A stretch of 63,914 nucleotides of DNA, filler included. It is 4 parts of 4 records of this genome, joined end to end, with 100 filler letters (N's around TTAATTAATTAA, not from the genome) between each part and the next. Parts side by side here need not be neighbours in the genome. Positions count along the whole stretch, not along the records: positions 11,888 to 41,145 come from SRR20825006_2323; positions 41,246 to 58,536 come from SRR20825006_2327; 2 more parts are not named here. One strand, 5' to 3'. This document shows positions 35,914 through 45,440 of this stretch, piece after piece (positions within the stretch are counted from its first letter, which is position 1; each line of letters opens with the position of its first letter). The translations under genes and the position numbers were made by a program. The notes below the pieces were generated by a model. It saw only the letters and a list, made by a program, of their open reading frames with translations, was not told where the DNA came from and searched no databases.

Positions 35914-37104
35914 TTAGCGCTTCGCACCCTCTTCAATCCATTTACCGATCAGCGCGCGTTCTTCATCGGTCATGCCAGTCTCATTACCAAGCGGCATGAT
36001 ATCGGCCTTCACCGTTTGCTCCATGATCCGCGGTGCATAAAGCTCAATCAACTCTGGCCGGTCGAGCATGACACCACCGGGGGCTTCCTCGAAGCTTTCA
36101 TGAGTTGGTGCTGCCGCATGACAGTTGGTGCAATGTTTACCAACAATAGCCTGTACGCGTTTGAAAGATGCATCACCCGCCGCCACATCGGGACGGTCAC
36201 GTTTCTCCACGTCAGCGGCAAACATGGCGATCAATATGAAGAGAAGGGCCGCCGCTGCGACAAGCCCGGGGCTTGATTGTCCCTTGTGGCGCAGGTTGAA
36301 GAAATGCCGCACCATCACACCCACAAGGCCAATGCCCGCCACGATAACCCAGTTATAGGGGTTGGAAAATGTCATCGGATAGTGGTTGGAGATCATCAAA
36401 AACAGCACCGGCAGGGTCATGTAATTATTATGCAAACTGCGCTGTTTGCCGATCTGGCCAAGGCGTGGGTCAGGGGCTTCACCAGCGGTGAGCGCCGCCA
36501 CAACCTTTTTCTGGTTCGGGATAATCACCATAAATACGTTGGCGGCCATCGCTGTGCCGACAATCGCACCAACATGAATGAACGCAGCGCGGTCAGAGAA
36601 AATATTCGTGAGCGCATAAGCCGCCGCGACGAGGGAGAAGAACCAGATGATACCCGTGAGTTTATTGTTTTGCCCGATGGGGGAACGACAAAGCCCGTCA
36701 TAAAACACCCAGCCACCAACGAGGAACGCGAGGCTGATACCAATGGCCTCAAATTGCGTGAGATCCATCTTGGATTTATCGATCAGAAACAACTCCGCCC
36801 CGAGATAATAGATCACAGCCAATAGCGCAAAACCGCTCATCCAGGTGAAATAGGCTTCCCATTTGAACCAGTGAAGCTTTTCGGGCATCTGCTCAGGCGC
36901 AACGGCATATTTCTGCTTGTGGTAAAAACCACCACCATGCACAGACCACAACTCACCTGACATGCCCTTCTTCTTTTCCTTTGGCTCCTCAAGATGGTTG
37001 TCGAGCCAAACGAAATAGAAGCTTGAGCCGATCCATGCGATACCGGTGATGAAATGCAGCCAACGGATGGCAAGGCTCAGCCATGCGGTAATATCAATGT
37101 CCAT
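35914..37104 (-). CDS. puuD: Urate hydroxylase PuuD (membrane protein with C-terminal cytochrome c)
   Basis: RWLHFITGIAWIGSSFYF, HGGGFY, FKWEAY, RSLHNNY, CTNCH haem motif, MPLGN.TGMT. Confidence 0.93.
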   Translation of the reverse strand: MDIDITAWLSLAIRWLHFITGIAWIGSSFYFVWLDNHLEEPKEKKKGMSGELWSVHGGGFYHKQKYAVAPEQMPEKLHWFKWEAYFTWMSGFALLAVIYYLGAELFLIDKSKMDLTQFEAIGISLAFLVGGWVFYDGLCRSPIGQNNKLTGIIWFFSLVAAAYALTNIFSDRAAFIHVGAIVGTAMAANVFMVIIPNQKKVVAALTAGEAPDPRLGQIGKQRSLHNNYMTLPVLFLMISNHYPMTFSNPYNWVIVAGIGLVGVMVRHFFNLRHKGQSSPGLVAAAALLFILIAMFAADVEKRDRPDVAAGDASFKRVQAIVGKHCTNCHAAAPTHESFEEAPGGVMLDRPELIELYAPRIMEQTVKADIMPLGNETGMTDEERALIGKWIEEGAKR

Positions 37105-37122
37105 TTAAAACTCCTGGGGCCG

Positions 37123-38718
37123 TCAGGCCGCACCTTCATACGACAACACCAAGTCATACGCTGGTGTGGTTAAAAATTCTTCCAGGCTTTCATCCATCAC
37201 CAATTTGGTGAAAAGGCAAACCGCATCATCAAGCCGCTCGCGCCCCGTGAACTCCTGCGCCTGCAGGGCAGCAACTTCTTCACCAATCAAGGCCTCAAGC
37301 AGCGCGGCGTCGATCAAGCGATCATCATCCAGCTTGGCGCCATGGGTACGCCACTGCCACAGCTGAGTGCGGGAAATTTCCGCCGTCGCTGCATCTTCCA
37401 TCAGGTGGTGAATAGGCACACAGCCCATGCCCGAAAGCCAGGTCGAAACATACATCAACCCCACGCTGATATTGCTGCGCACACCAGCCTCGGTAATGAC
37501 CCCTTCGGGCACATCAAGAAGGTCGCGCGGCGTCACGTCCACGTCCGCGCGCGCATTAAAAAGCTGGTTAGGCCCTGGCATTACCCGGTCAAACACCTCG
37601 CGCACTGTCGGGATAAGGCCCGGATGCGCAACCCAGGTGCCATCGTGCCCATTTCGCGCTTCACGCTCCTTGTCTGCTTTCACCTTGGCGATGGCGGCTG
37701 CATTGGCGGCTGCATCCCCTTTGATGGGTATCTGCGCTGCCATACCGCCCATCGCATGGGCGCCGCGCCGGTGACAGGTTTTGATCAGAAGCTGGCTATA
37801 GCTTTTAAGGAAGTGCTGGTCCATGCCCACGCCTGCGCGGTCAGGCAACACAAAGTCACGGCGACAGGCAAAACGCTTGATGAAGTTGAAGATATAATCC
37901 CAGCGTCCACAGTTCAGGCCAACAATATGATCCCTGAGTTCATAGAGAATCTCATCCATCTGGAACGCAGCCGTTATCGTCTCTATGAGCACTGTCACCC
38001 GCACCGTACCACGCGCAAGCGATAGATGATCTTCCGCAAAAGCAATCACATCCTCCCAAAGGCGGGCTTCAAGGTGATGTTCCATTTTCGGCAGGTAAAA
38101 ATATGGGCCAACGCCCCGCTTTACCTGCTTTTCAGCGCTGTGAAACAGGAATAAGGCGAAATCGAAGAACCCGGCTGAAACAGGCTTGCCATCAAGCCGC
38201 ACATGTTGCTCAAGCATATGCAGGCCGCGCGGCCGCACGAGAAGGGCAGCTGTCTCATCCGACAGCGCATATTGCTTCCCAGTATCGGGGTTGGTGAAAC
38301 TGATAGTACCGTGGGCAGCGTCCCGCAGGTTGATCTGCCCCCTGATCATATTTTCCCATGTGGGGGTCGAGCTGTCCTCAAAGTCGGCCATGAAACAGTT
38401 TGCGCCCGAGTTGAGCGCGTTGATCACCATCTTCCGGTCCACTGGCCCGGTGATCTCAATCCGCCGATCAAGCAGTGCCTCCGGGGCCGGGCGCACATGC
38501 CATTCTCTTGCACGCACCTCCGCAGTTTCAGGCAGGAAATCTGGCAACAAGCCCTTGTCGAAGCCGCGCTGAACTTCCGCGCGTGCTGCCATCAACTCCC
38601 GCCGCCGCACCCCAAAACGCGCTTCTATCTCAGCGACAAACTTCAACGCGCCTTCGGTCAAAATCTCATTGGCACCCGCCACTTTGGGGCCCGTAATTTT
38701 CAGATTATCACTACTCAC
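37123..38718 (-). CDS. aceB: Malate synthase A
   Basis: DRRIEITGP, ADFEDS, VRPRG, YFYLPK, GLNCGRWDYIF, LMEDAATAEISR. Start is GTG 38718 or TTG 38742. Confidence 0.95.
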   Translation of the reverse strand: MSSDNLKITGPKVAGANEILTEGALKFVAEIEARFGVRRRELMAARAEVQRGFDKGLLPDFLPETAEVRAREWHVRPAPEALLDRRIEITGPVDRKMVINALNSGANCFMADFEDSSTPTWENMIRGQINLRDAAHGTISFTNPDTGKQYALSDETAALLVRPRGLHMLEQHVRLDGKPVSAGFFDFALFLFHSAEKQVKRGVGPYFYLPKMEHHLEARLWEDVIAFAEDHLSLARGTVRVTVLIETITAAFQMDEILYELRDHIVGLNCGRWDYIFNFIKRFACRRDFVLPDRAGVGMDQHFLKSYSQLLIKTCHRRGAHAMGGMAAQIPIKGDAAANAAAIAKVKADKEREARNGHDGTWVAHPGLIPTVREVFDRVMPGPNQLFNARADVDVTPRDLLDVPEGVITEAGVRSNISVGLMYVSTWLSGMGCVPIHHLMEDAATAEISRTQLWQWRTHGAKLDDDRLIDAALLEALIGEEVAALQAQEFTGRERLDDAVCLFTKLVMDESLEEFLTTPAYDLVLSYEGAA

Positions 38719-38738
38719 TTCCCTAGCCTCTCGTACCT

Positions 38739-39518
38739 TCAAAGGTGCTGCAACAGCTGCGCGGCAACTGCGGCCGCGATCACCTCTGGTTCCTTGCCCT
38801 CAATGCCCGAAACACCAATGGGGCATGTGAGCCCTTTAAGCTCTTCATCGTTCAGAACCCCATCTTTCCTCACATGGCTTTCAAAGCGCGCGCGTTTTGT
38901 CTCGGAACCGATAAGCCCGACATAGCGTGCATCGCCCCGCTTCAGCGCCGCCGCCGCTATCTCATAGTCCAGCTGGTGGCTGTGGGTGAAAATGAGAAAC
39001 AGTGCCCCACTTTCCGCCGCCTCGACCACATCAACCGGGTTTGAGGTGTGATCTTGCGCCACGATATCTCTCACGTCTGTGGGAAATTCATGCGCCCGCT
39101 GGTCCACCCAAGCCACCTTGAACGGCAATGGGGAAACAGCGTTTACGACCGCCTTACCCACATGCCCGGCACCAAACATATACAGCGGATACCGCGTTTC
39201 AGCCGCCATCGCTTTCTTGCGCGCAGCCACCCCGTTTCCCCGACTCATTTTTTCAAGCGACAGCACAACTGAGCCCCCACAGCATTGCTCCAACAGCGGG
39301 CCCAGCGCATATTTCTGCGTCGCTTCGCTCTTGTCCGGCATCGCCAGAAGCTTGCGGGCCTGCTCAATCGCCTGAAATTCCAGATTACCGCCGCCAATAG
39401 TGCCCTCGGTGCGTGCGGCTTCAATCCACATGGTGGTGCCCGCTTCACGTGGAACGGAGCCTTTGGTCTCTTTGATTGTGACCAGAATTCCCATTATGCC
39501 TTGGGGCCCGGCTGTCAT
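38739..39518 (-). CDS. xdhC: Xanthine dehydrogenase accessory protein XdhC
   Basis: GSVPREAG, GTIGGGNLE, QCCGG, FGAGHVG, THSHQLD, GLIGSETK, CPIG. Confidence 0.95.
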   Translation of the reverse strand: MTAGPQGIMGILVTIKETKGSVPREAGTTMWIEAARTEGTIGGGNLEFQAIEQARKLLAMPDKSEATQKYALGPLLEQCCGGSVVLSLEKMSRGNGVAARKKAMAAETRYPLYMFGAGHVGKAVVNAVSPLPFKVAWVDQRAHEFPTDVRDIVAQDHTSNPVDVVEAAESGALFLIFTHSHQLDYEIAAAALKRGDARYVGLIGSETKRARFESHVRKDGVLNDEELKGLTCPIGVSGIEGKEPEVIAAAVAAQLLQHL

Positions 39519-41145
39519 CAGCTTTGTGCCTGCTTTTGCACCGCCACAACTGCTTTAAGCACTTCTTCCGGCGTTGCAGGTGCGTTCAGGCATGCCCGCA
39601 CTTTATAATCCGACGCCGCGGACACAGCGTCTGCGATCGCAAGGAACACAGAATTCGCCAGCATGAAGGGCGGCTCGCCCACTGCCTTTGATCGGTGGAT
39701 CGTGGCCTCAACATTGCGGCCTTTTTTATATAGCTCAATATTCAAATGCTCCGGCCTGTCGCTGCAGGCAGGAATTTTATAGGTGGACGGCGCGTGTGTG
39801 CGCAGCCGGCCGTCCTTATCAAACACCAGCTCTTCGGTGGTGAGCCAACCCATGCCCTGGATGAAGCCGCCTTCAATCTGCCCCTTGTCGATCGCCGGGT
39901 TTAGTGAGCGGCCGGTGTCATGCAGGATGTCCACCCGCTCGACCTTATATTCACCGGTCAAGGTATCGATCAGCACCTCGGAAACCGCAGCGCCGTAACA
40001 GAAATACAGGAACGGGCGGCCTTTATGTTTGCTGCGATCATAGTGGATTTTGGGGGTTTTATAAAAACCTGTGGCAGACAGTGAGACCCGCCCGAGGTAA
40101 GCCTCCCGCACCAGATCTGCGAAGGGTATTTCCTTGTTCTCGACATAGACATTATTGTTGCGGAACGTGACCCTGTCTTTTGGGCAATCGTATTTTTCGG
40201 CCGCAAAATCAGTTAGCCGGGCCTTGATCTTGCGGGCAGCGTCCAGCGCCGCCATGCCGTTCAGGTCTGAGCCGGAGGATGCCGCCGTCGCCGACGTGTT
40301 GGGCACTTTGGCCGTGGTGGTTGCGGTGATCTTGATATGGTCCACGTCAATCTGGAACTCTTCCGCCACCACCTGCGCGACCTTGACAAAAAGGCCCTGC
40401 CCCATCTCGGTGCCGCCGTGGTTCAGGTGCACGCTGCCGTCTGCATATACATGCACGAGGGCGCCTGCCTGATTGAGGTGCGTGGTGGTAAAACTGATGC
40501 CAAATTTCACCGGGGTCAGCGCGATGCCTTTTTTAAGATAAGGGCTATTGGCGTTGAAGGCACGCATCTCAGCCCGCCGCCGGGTATAATCTGTGCTATC
40601 AGCCAGCGCATCAAGTAGTGCAGGCGCAATATTATCCTCAACAGTCATGCCAAACGGTGTGACATTGCGGTTTTCACCGCCATAGAGGTTCGCTCGCCGC
40701 ACATCCAAGGGGTCCTTCCCGAGATTGTGCGCGATCTCGTCCATCACACATTCAATACCCAACATGCCTTGCGGCCCGCCAAAACCACGGAAGGCGGTGT
40801 TTGATACCGTGTGGGTTTTCAAGCGGTGAGATTTAACCTCCACATCGCTCAGATAATAACAATTGTCAGCATGGAACATGGCACGGTCATTGATCGCGGG
40901 GGACAGATCAGTTGAACGCCCGCAACGCGACGCCATTTCAATCGCCATGCCTGTGATGCGGCCCTCACCATCGAAACCCACGTCATAATCATAGCGGAAA
41001 TCATGCCGCTTGCCGGTCATGATCATATCGTCATCCCGGTCGAGCCTGAGTTTCGCAGGGCGCCCTGTTTTTACCGCAACAAGCGCCGCCATTGCCGCGA
41101 ATATGGCGGGATGGGTTTCCTTGCCCCCAAACCCGCCGCCCATGC
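39518..41145 (-). CDS. xdhB: Xanthine dehydrogenase molybdopterin subunit, 5'-truncated
   Basis: MGGGFGGKE, TAFRGFGGPQG, GGTEMGQGL, GQIEGGFIQG, SKAVGEPP. Confidence 0.96.
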
Positions 41146-41245
41146 NNNNNNNNNNNNNNNNNNNNNNNNNNNNNNNNNNNNNNNNNNNNTTAATTAATTA
41201 ANNNNNNNNNNNNNNNNNNNNNNNNNNNNNNNNNNNNNNNNNNNN
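41146..41245. other. Artificial contig spacer
   Basis: 44 N + TTAATTAATTAA + 44 N. Confidence 0.97.
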
Positions 41246-41246
41246 G

Positions 41247-41828
41247 GAAGTCGTTGCCTTTGAAAACGGGATCGATCTTCAGATATCGCTTTCCGGAGAC
41301 CGCTCGTCGGCACTCAAGGCCCGGCGCCGGTCAATGGCGGGTCCGGTCGGCTGCGGGCTTTGCGGGCTGGAATCCATCGATGCGGCCATGCGTGTGCTGC
41401 CGGAGATCGGTCAGACTGCTTTTTCCGTAACACCGGATCAGGTGAACAAGGCGATTCATTCGCTTGCTGCATTGCAGTCGCTCTTCATTGAGACACGGGC
41501 GGTGCATGGTGCCGGTTTTTATACCCCGGCTGCCGGGATCGTGTCTGTTCGCGAGGATGTTGGCCGTCATAACGCGCTCGACAAGCTTGTCGGCTCTTTG
41601 GTGCGGAGCAGAATCGATGTGGCGGAAGGCGTTGTTGTCGTGACCAGCCGCCTTTCGGTGGAGATGGTTCAGAAGGCGGCCATCGCCGGTGTGCCAGTGC
41701 TCATAGCCATTTCCGCGCCTACAGCACTTGCGATCAGGTCTGCCGATATGGCGGGTGTGACGCTGATCGGAACGGCGCGCGGCGATGGCTTTTCGGTTTT
41801 CACCCATGCAGGGCGTATACACGCATGA
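41247..41828 (+). CDS. fdhD: Formate dehydrogenase accessory sulfurtransferase, 5'-truncated
   Basis: GCGLCG, TRAVHGA, REDVGRHNALDKL, SAPTALA; frame is open back to the contig edge. Confidence 0.93.
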   Translation, partial: EVVAFENGIDLQISLSGDRSSALKARRRSMAGPVGCGLCGLESIDAAMRVLPEIGQTAFSVTPDQVNKAIHSLAALQSLFIETRAVHGAGFYTPAAGIVSVREDVGRHNALDKLVGSLVRSRIDVAEGVVVVTSRLSVEMVQKAAIAGVPVLIAISAPTALAIRSADMAGVTLIGTARGDGFSVFTHAGRIHA

Positions 41829-41876
41829 TCAGGAACCAAATAAATCCAGTCCCTGATTTTTGTTAGCGAGTCGGCA

Positions 41877-42971
41877 TCAGAGTTGCTGTGCCTTGCGGCG
41901 GCGCCCCTCCGCATCGGCGGCTTTCATGGCGGCAACGACATCTTCCGGCGTTACCTCTCCGGGTACATTGCCCATGGTATCCGCCGGGTCGCAGGCAAGC
42001 CTAGCAACTTCAAGCAGTTGATCATCCGTCACATCGCCCATACCGATTTCGGCGAAAGTCATCGGCAGACCGATGGCTTCACAAAAACCAAAGACCGTAT
42101 CCACGACCTCCTTCGGGCGCTTCGTCAGCATCAGCAGCGACAGTGTGCCGATGGAAACCTTTTCTCCGTGCCAGTAGTCGTGGGTGCCTTCCAGAACTGT
42201 CAAACCGTTGTGAATGGCATGGGCGCCGGAAAGCCCACCGCTTTCGAAGCCAAGGCCCGAAAGAAGTGTATTGGCTTCCACAATCCGTTCGAATTCCGGC
42301 GTCACGATCTTTTCCGATGCTGCCGCTTTTGCAGCCGGTCCGTCGGCCAGGAGTGTATCGAAGCACATCCTTGCCAGTCCGTACCCCGTCATTGAGCCGA
42401 GCCGTCCGGTCATGTTGGCACTTCCGGAGATCTTGCAGTCTTCGGCTTCAAACCACGTTGCCATGGCGTCACCCATGCCGGCCACAAGCAGGCGCACCGG
42501 CGCACCGGCAATAAGCTTGGTATCGACCAGAACGGCATCTGGATTTCTGGGCAGAAACAGATAGCGCTTGAACGCGCCTTCGGCCGTGTAGATGACCGAC
42601 AAGGCACTGCACGGCGCATCTGTGGATGCCAGCGTTGGCACAATGACCACCGGAAGGCCGGCCGCATGGGCAACCGCCTTTGCCGTGTCCAGTGACTTGC
42701 CGCCACCCACACCTGCAATCACATCAACACCTTCCGTCGATACACGCTTGCCAATGCGGGCAATTTCTTCATCCGAGCACTCGCCGTTGAATATCTCGGT
42801 TGTGATGGCGGCCTTGTCATCTCCTTTGACGGCATTACCGACGATCGGCATGACGCCCTTGTCAACGATTGCCAGTGCGTTGGTGCCGAGACGGGCGATT
42901 TCCTCTGTCAGAAGATCAATCGCGCCGTTGCCCTGTACATAACGTCCGGGAAAAATGGTCGTGGAAATCAT
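41877..42971 (-). CDS. gldA: Glycerol dehydrogenase
   Basis: FPGRYVQG, GGGKSLDTAK, ASTDAPCSALSVIYT, LSGLGFESGG...HAIHNG, HGEKV; GGGAGG RBS before the ATG at 42971. Confidence 0.92.
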   Translation of the reverse strand: MISTTIFPGRYVQGNGAIDLLTEEIARLGTNALAIVDKGVMPIVGNAVKGDDKAAITTEIFNGECSDEEIARIGKRVSTEGVDVIAGVGGGKSLDTAKAVAHAAGLPVVIVPTLASTDAPCSALSVIYTAEGAFKRYLFLPRNPDAVLVDTKLIAGAPVRLLVAGMGDAMATWFEAEDCKISGSANMTGRLGSMTGYGLARMCFDTLLADGPAAKAAASEKIVTPEFERIVEANTLLSGLGFESGGLSGAHAIHNGLTVLEGTHDYWHGEKVSIGTLSLLMLTKRPKEVVDTVFGFCEAIGLPMTFAEIGMGDVTDDQLLEVARLACDPADTMGNVPGEVTPEDVVAAMKAADAEGRRRKAQQL

Positions 42972-43440
42972 AATGCGCCTCCCTGCTGATCCGTCTCTTT
43001 TCGAACGGATTCGGGTGAATGATGGGTTTGGAAGCAAAGCCATCTCCCAATAAAGAAAGGGTTTGCGGATCGTGATTTCAAGGCTTGCCGGGGTGTCCTT
43101 TTCAACCCGGTTGTTCGCGATGCTCAATCCATTCGTAACCGCCTTGAAAAAAGTCATCCACTGCTGGCGAAAAGCAACGCAAATGTTGGCAATGTCGGGG
43201 ATATGATATTGCAATCATCAATGATCTGGTTGACCGTCAAAGCCATCTTTTGTTTCGGGAAAAATTGTCGCAGGCGCATTTGATCGCCGGATTTTCAGCG
43301 TTTATGGACGAACATTTTAAACAGCTGAAGTCGATTGTTTGCAAAGGCTTGCTTCTGAAGCGGATCCTGGCGAACTGGAACAGGATCGAATCGCCGGAAA
43401 GCCTTGTGGCCGAGTCTCACTGATATGGCATGGTATGAAT

Positions 43441-43465
43441 AAAAAAAGGCGGCTCGTAAGCCGCC
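43441..43465 (-). terminator. Intrinsic terminator of typA
   Basis: Hairpin GGCGGCT-CGTA-AGCCGCC plus A7, giving a U-tract on the minus strand. Confidence 0.85.
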
Positions 43466-43494
43466 CTTCGTAAAGCCTTGACCTCTGGACAGGG

Positions 43495-45318
43495 TCAGCC
43501 CGCTGCGCGGGACTTTTCAAAACGCTTGCGCTCGTTGGAATCGAGATACATCTTCCGGAGGCGGATCGACTTCGGTGTAACTTCTACAAGCTCGTCATCC
43601 TGAATCCAGGAAAGCGCCCGGTCGAGCGTCATACGGATCGGCGGCGTCAGCTTGACGGCCTCATCCTTGCCGGCGGAACGGATATTGGTGAGCTGCTTGC
43701 CCTTCAGCACGTTGACCTCAAGATCATTCTCGCGCGTATGGATGCCGACGATCATGCCGGCATAGACCTTGTCACCCGGGTCAATGATCATCGGGCCGCG
43801 GTCTTCGAGGTTGAACATTGCATAGGCCACAGCCTCACCAGACTGGTTGGAGAGCAGAACGCCCTGATTTCGGCCGCCGATCTCACCTTTGAAAGGCTGA
43901 TAATCGTGGAACAGGCGGTTCATGATGGCCGTGCCGCGTGTATCGGTCAGAAGTTCGGACTGATAGCCGATCAGGCCGCGCGTCGGAGCAAAGAAACGCA
44001 GGCGCACACGGTCGCCGCCAGAAGGGCGCAACTCAACCATCTCGCCTTTACGCTCTGCCATTTTCTGCACGACGATGCCGGAATGCTCTTCGTCGACGTC
44101 AATCACGACTTCTTCGATCGGCTCCATAAGCTGACCGGTTTCTTCATCCTTGTGCATGACAACGCGCGGACGCGAAACAGCCACCTCGAAACCTTCGCGG
44201 CGCATGGTTTCGATCAGAACAGCGAGTTGAAGTTCGCCACGCCCGGAAACATAAAATGATTCCTTGCCCGGTGCCTCTTCAATCTTCAGAGCGACATTGC
44301 CTTCGGCTTCCTTGTAGAGACGGTCACGAATGACACGGCTGGTAACCTTGTCGCCTTCTGTACCTGCCAAAGGGCTGTCATTGACGATGAACGACATTGT
44401 GACCGTCGGCGGGTCAATCGGCTGCGCAGTCAGAGCTGTCGTTATTGCCGGGTCGCAGAAGGTATCGGCAACCGTGCCTTTGGAAAGACCGGCAATGGCA
44501 ACGATATCACCTGCTTGCGCTTCCTCGATCGGCTGGCGCTCGATGCCACGGAAAGCGAGTATCTTGGAAACCCGCCCGGTTTCAACGGTCTTGCCGTCCT
44601 GTCCGAGAACCTTCACCGGCTGATTGGGCTTGAGTGTCCCGGAATTGATCCGACCGGTGATGATGCGGCCGAGATAGGGATTGGCTTCCAGGAGCGTACC
44701 GATCATCGAGAACGGACCTTCGGCAACCTCGGGGGCGGGAACATGCTCGACCACGAGGTCGAGAAGCGGGCCGAGTCCCTGATCCTGTGGTCCCTCCGGT
44801 GCGGTGTTCATCCAGCCTGCACGGCCGGAGCCGTAAAGAATGTGAAAATCAAGCTGCTCATCGGTTGCATCAAGTGCAGCGAAGAGGTCGAAGACCTCGT
44901 TCACGACTTCATCCGCGCGTGCATCCGGGCGGTCAATCTTGTTGATTGCGACGATCGGCTTCAGCCCGACCTTCAGCGCCTTGCCGACCACGAACTTGGT
45001 CTGCGGCATCGGGCCTTCGGCGGCATCCACCAGAACGATCGCACCATCCACCATGGACAGGATGCGCTCAACCTCGCCGCCGAAATCGGCGTGGCCGGGA
45101 GTGTCTACGATGTTGATGCGGGTATCCTTCCAGACAACCGAAGTTGCCTTGGCAAGAATGGTGATGCCGCGTTCCTTTTCGAGGTCATTGCTGTCCATGA
45201 CGCGCTCGTCAACGCGTTGGTTTTCACGGAACGAACCGGATTGTTTCAAAAGTTCATCAACAAGGGTCGTCTTGCCATGGTCAACGTGCGCGATGATCGC
45301 GATATTGCGAAGTGCCAT
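43495..45318 (-). CDS. typA: Ribosome-associated GTPase TypA/BipA
   Basis: RNIAIIAHVDHGKTTLVD, DTPGHADFGGEVER, GRGELQL, ELVEVTPKSIRLRK. Confidence 0.98.
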   Translation of the reverse strand: MALRNIAIIAHVDHGKTTLVDELLKQSGSFRENQRVDERVMDSNDLEKERGITILAKATSVVWKDTRINIVDTPGHADFGGEVERILSMVDGAIVLVDAAEGPMPQTKFVVGKALKVGLKPIVAINKIDRPDARADEVVNEVFDLFAALDATDEQLDFHILYGSGRAGWMNTAPEGPQDQGLGPLLDLVVEHVPAPEVAEGPFSMIGTLLEANPYLGRIITGRINSGTLKPNQPVKVLGQDGKTVETGRVSKILAFRGIERQPIEEAQAGDIVAIAGLSKGTVADTFCDPAITTALTAQPIDPPTVTMSFIVNDSPLAGTEGDKVTSRVIRDRLYKEAEGNVALKIEEAPGKESFYVSGRGELQLAVLIETMRREGFEVAVSRPRVVMHKDEETGQLMEPIEEVVIDVDEEHSGIVVQKMAERKGEMVELRPSGGDRVRLRFFAPTRGLIGYQSELLTDTRGTAIMNRLFHDYQPFKGEIGGRNQGVLLSNQSGEAVAYAMFNLEDRGPMIIDPGDKVYAGMIVGIHTRENDLEVNVLKGKQLTNIRSAGKDEAVKLTPPIRMTLDRALSWIQDDELVEVTPKSIRLRKMYLDSNERKRFEKSRAAG

Positions 45319-45440
45319 ACTAAAAAATCTCTGGGGCTGGGGCGCGGTCAATCAAAAATGGGGAGGGGGCGCCCGTTAGTCATGTGGGCGCTCATACACA
45401 TTTTTTGACGAAAACGAAAGAGAATGTTTTGTGGCAGGCT

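Noticed and set aside
42972-43214. 81-aa N-terminal extension of gldA
   Set aside because: Family similarity begins at MISTTIFPGRY, which has a strong GGGAGG RBS.
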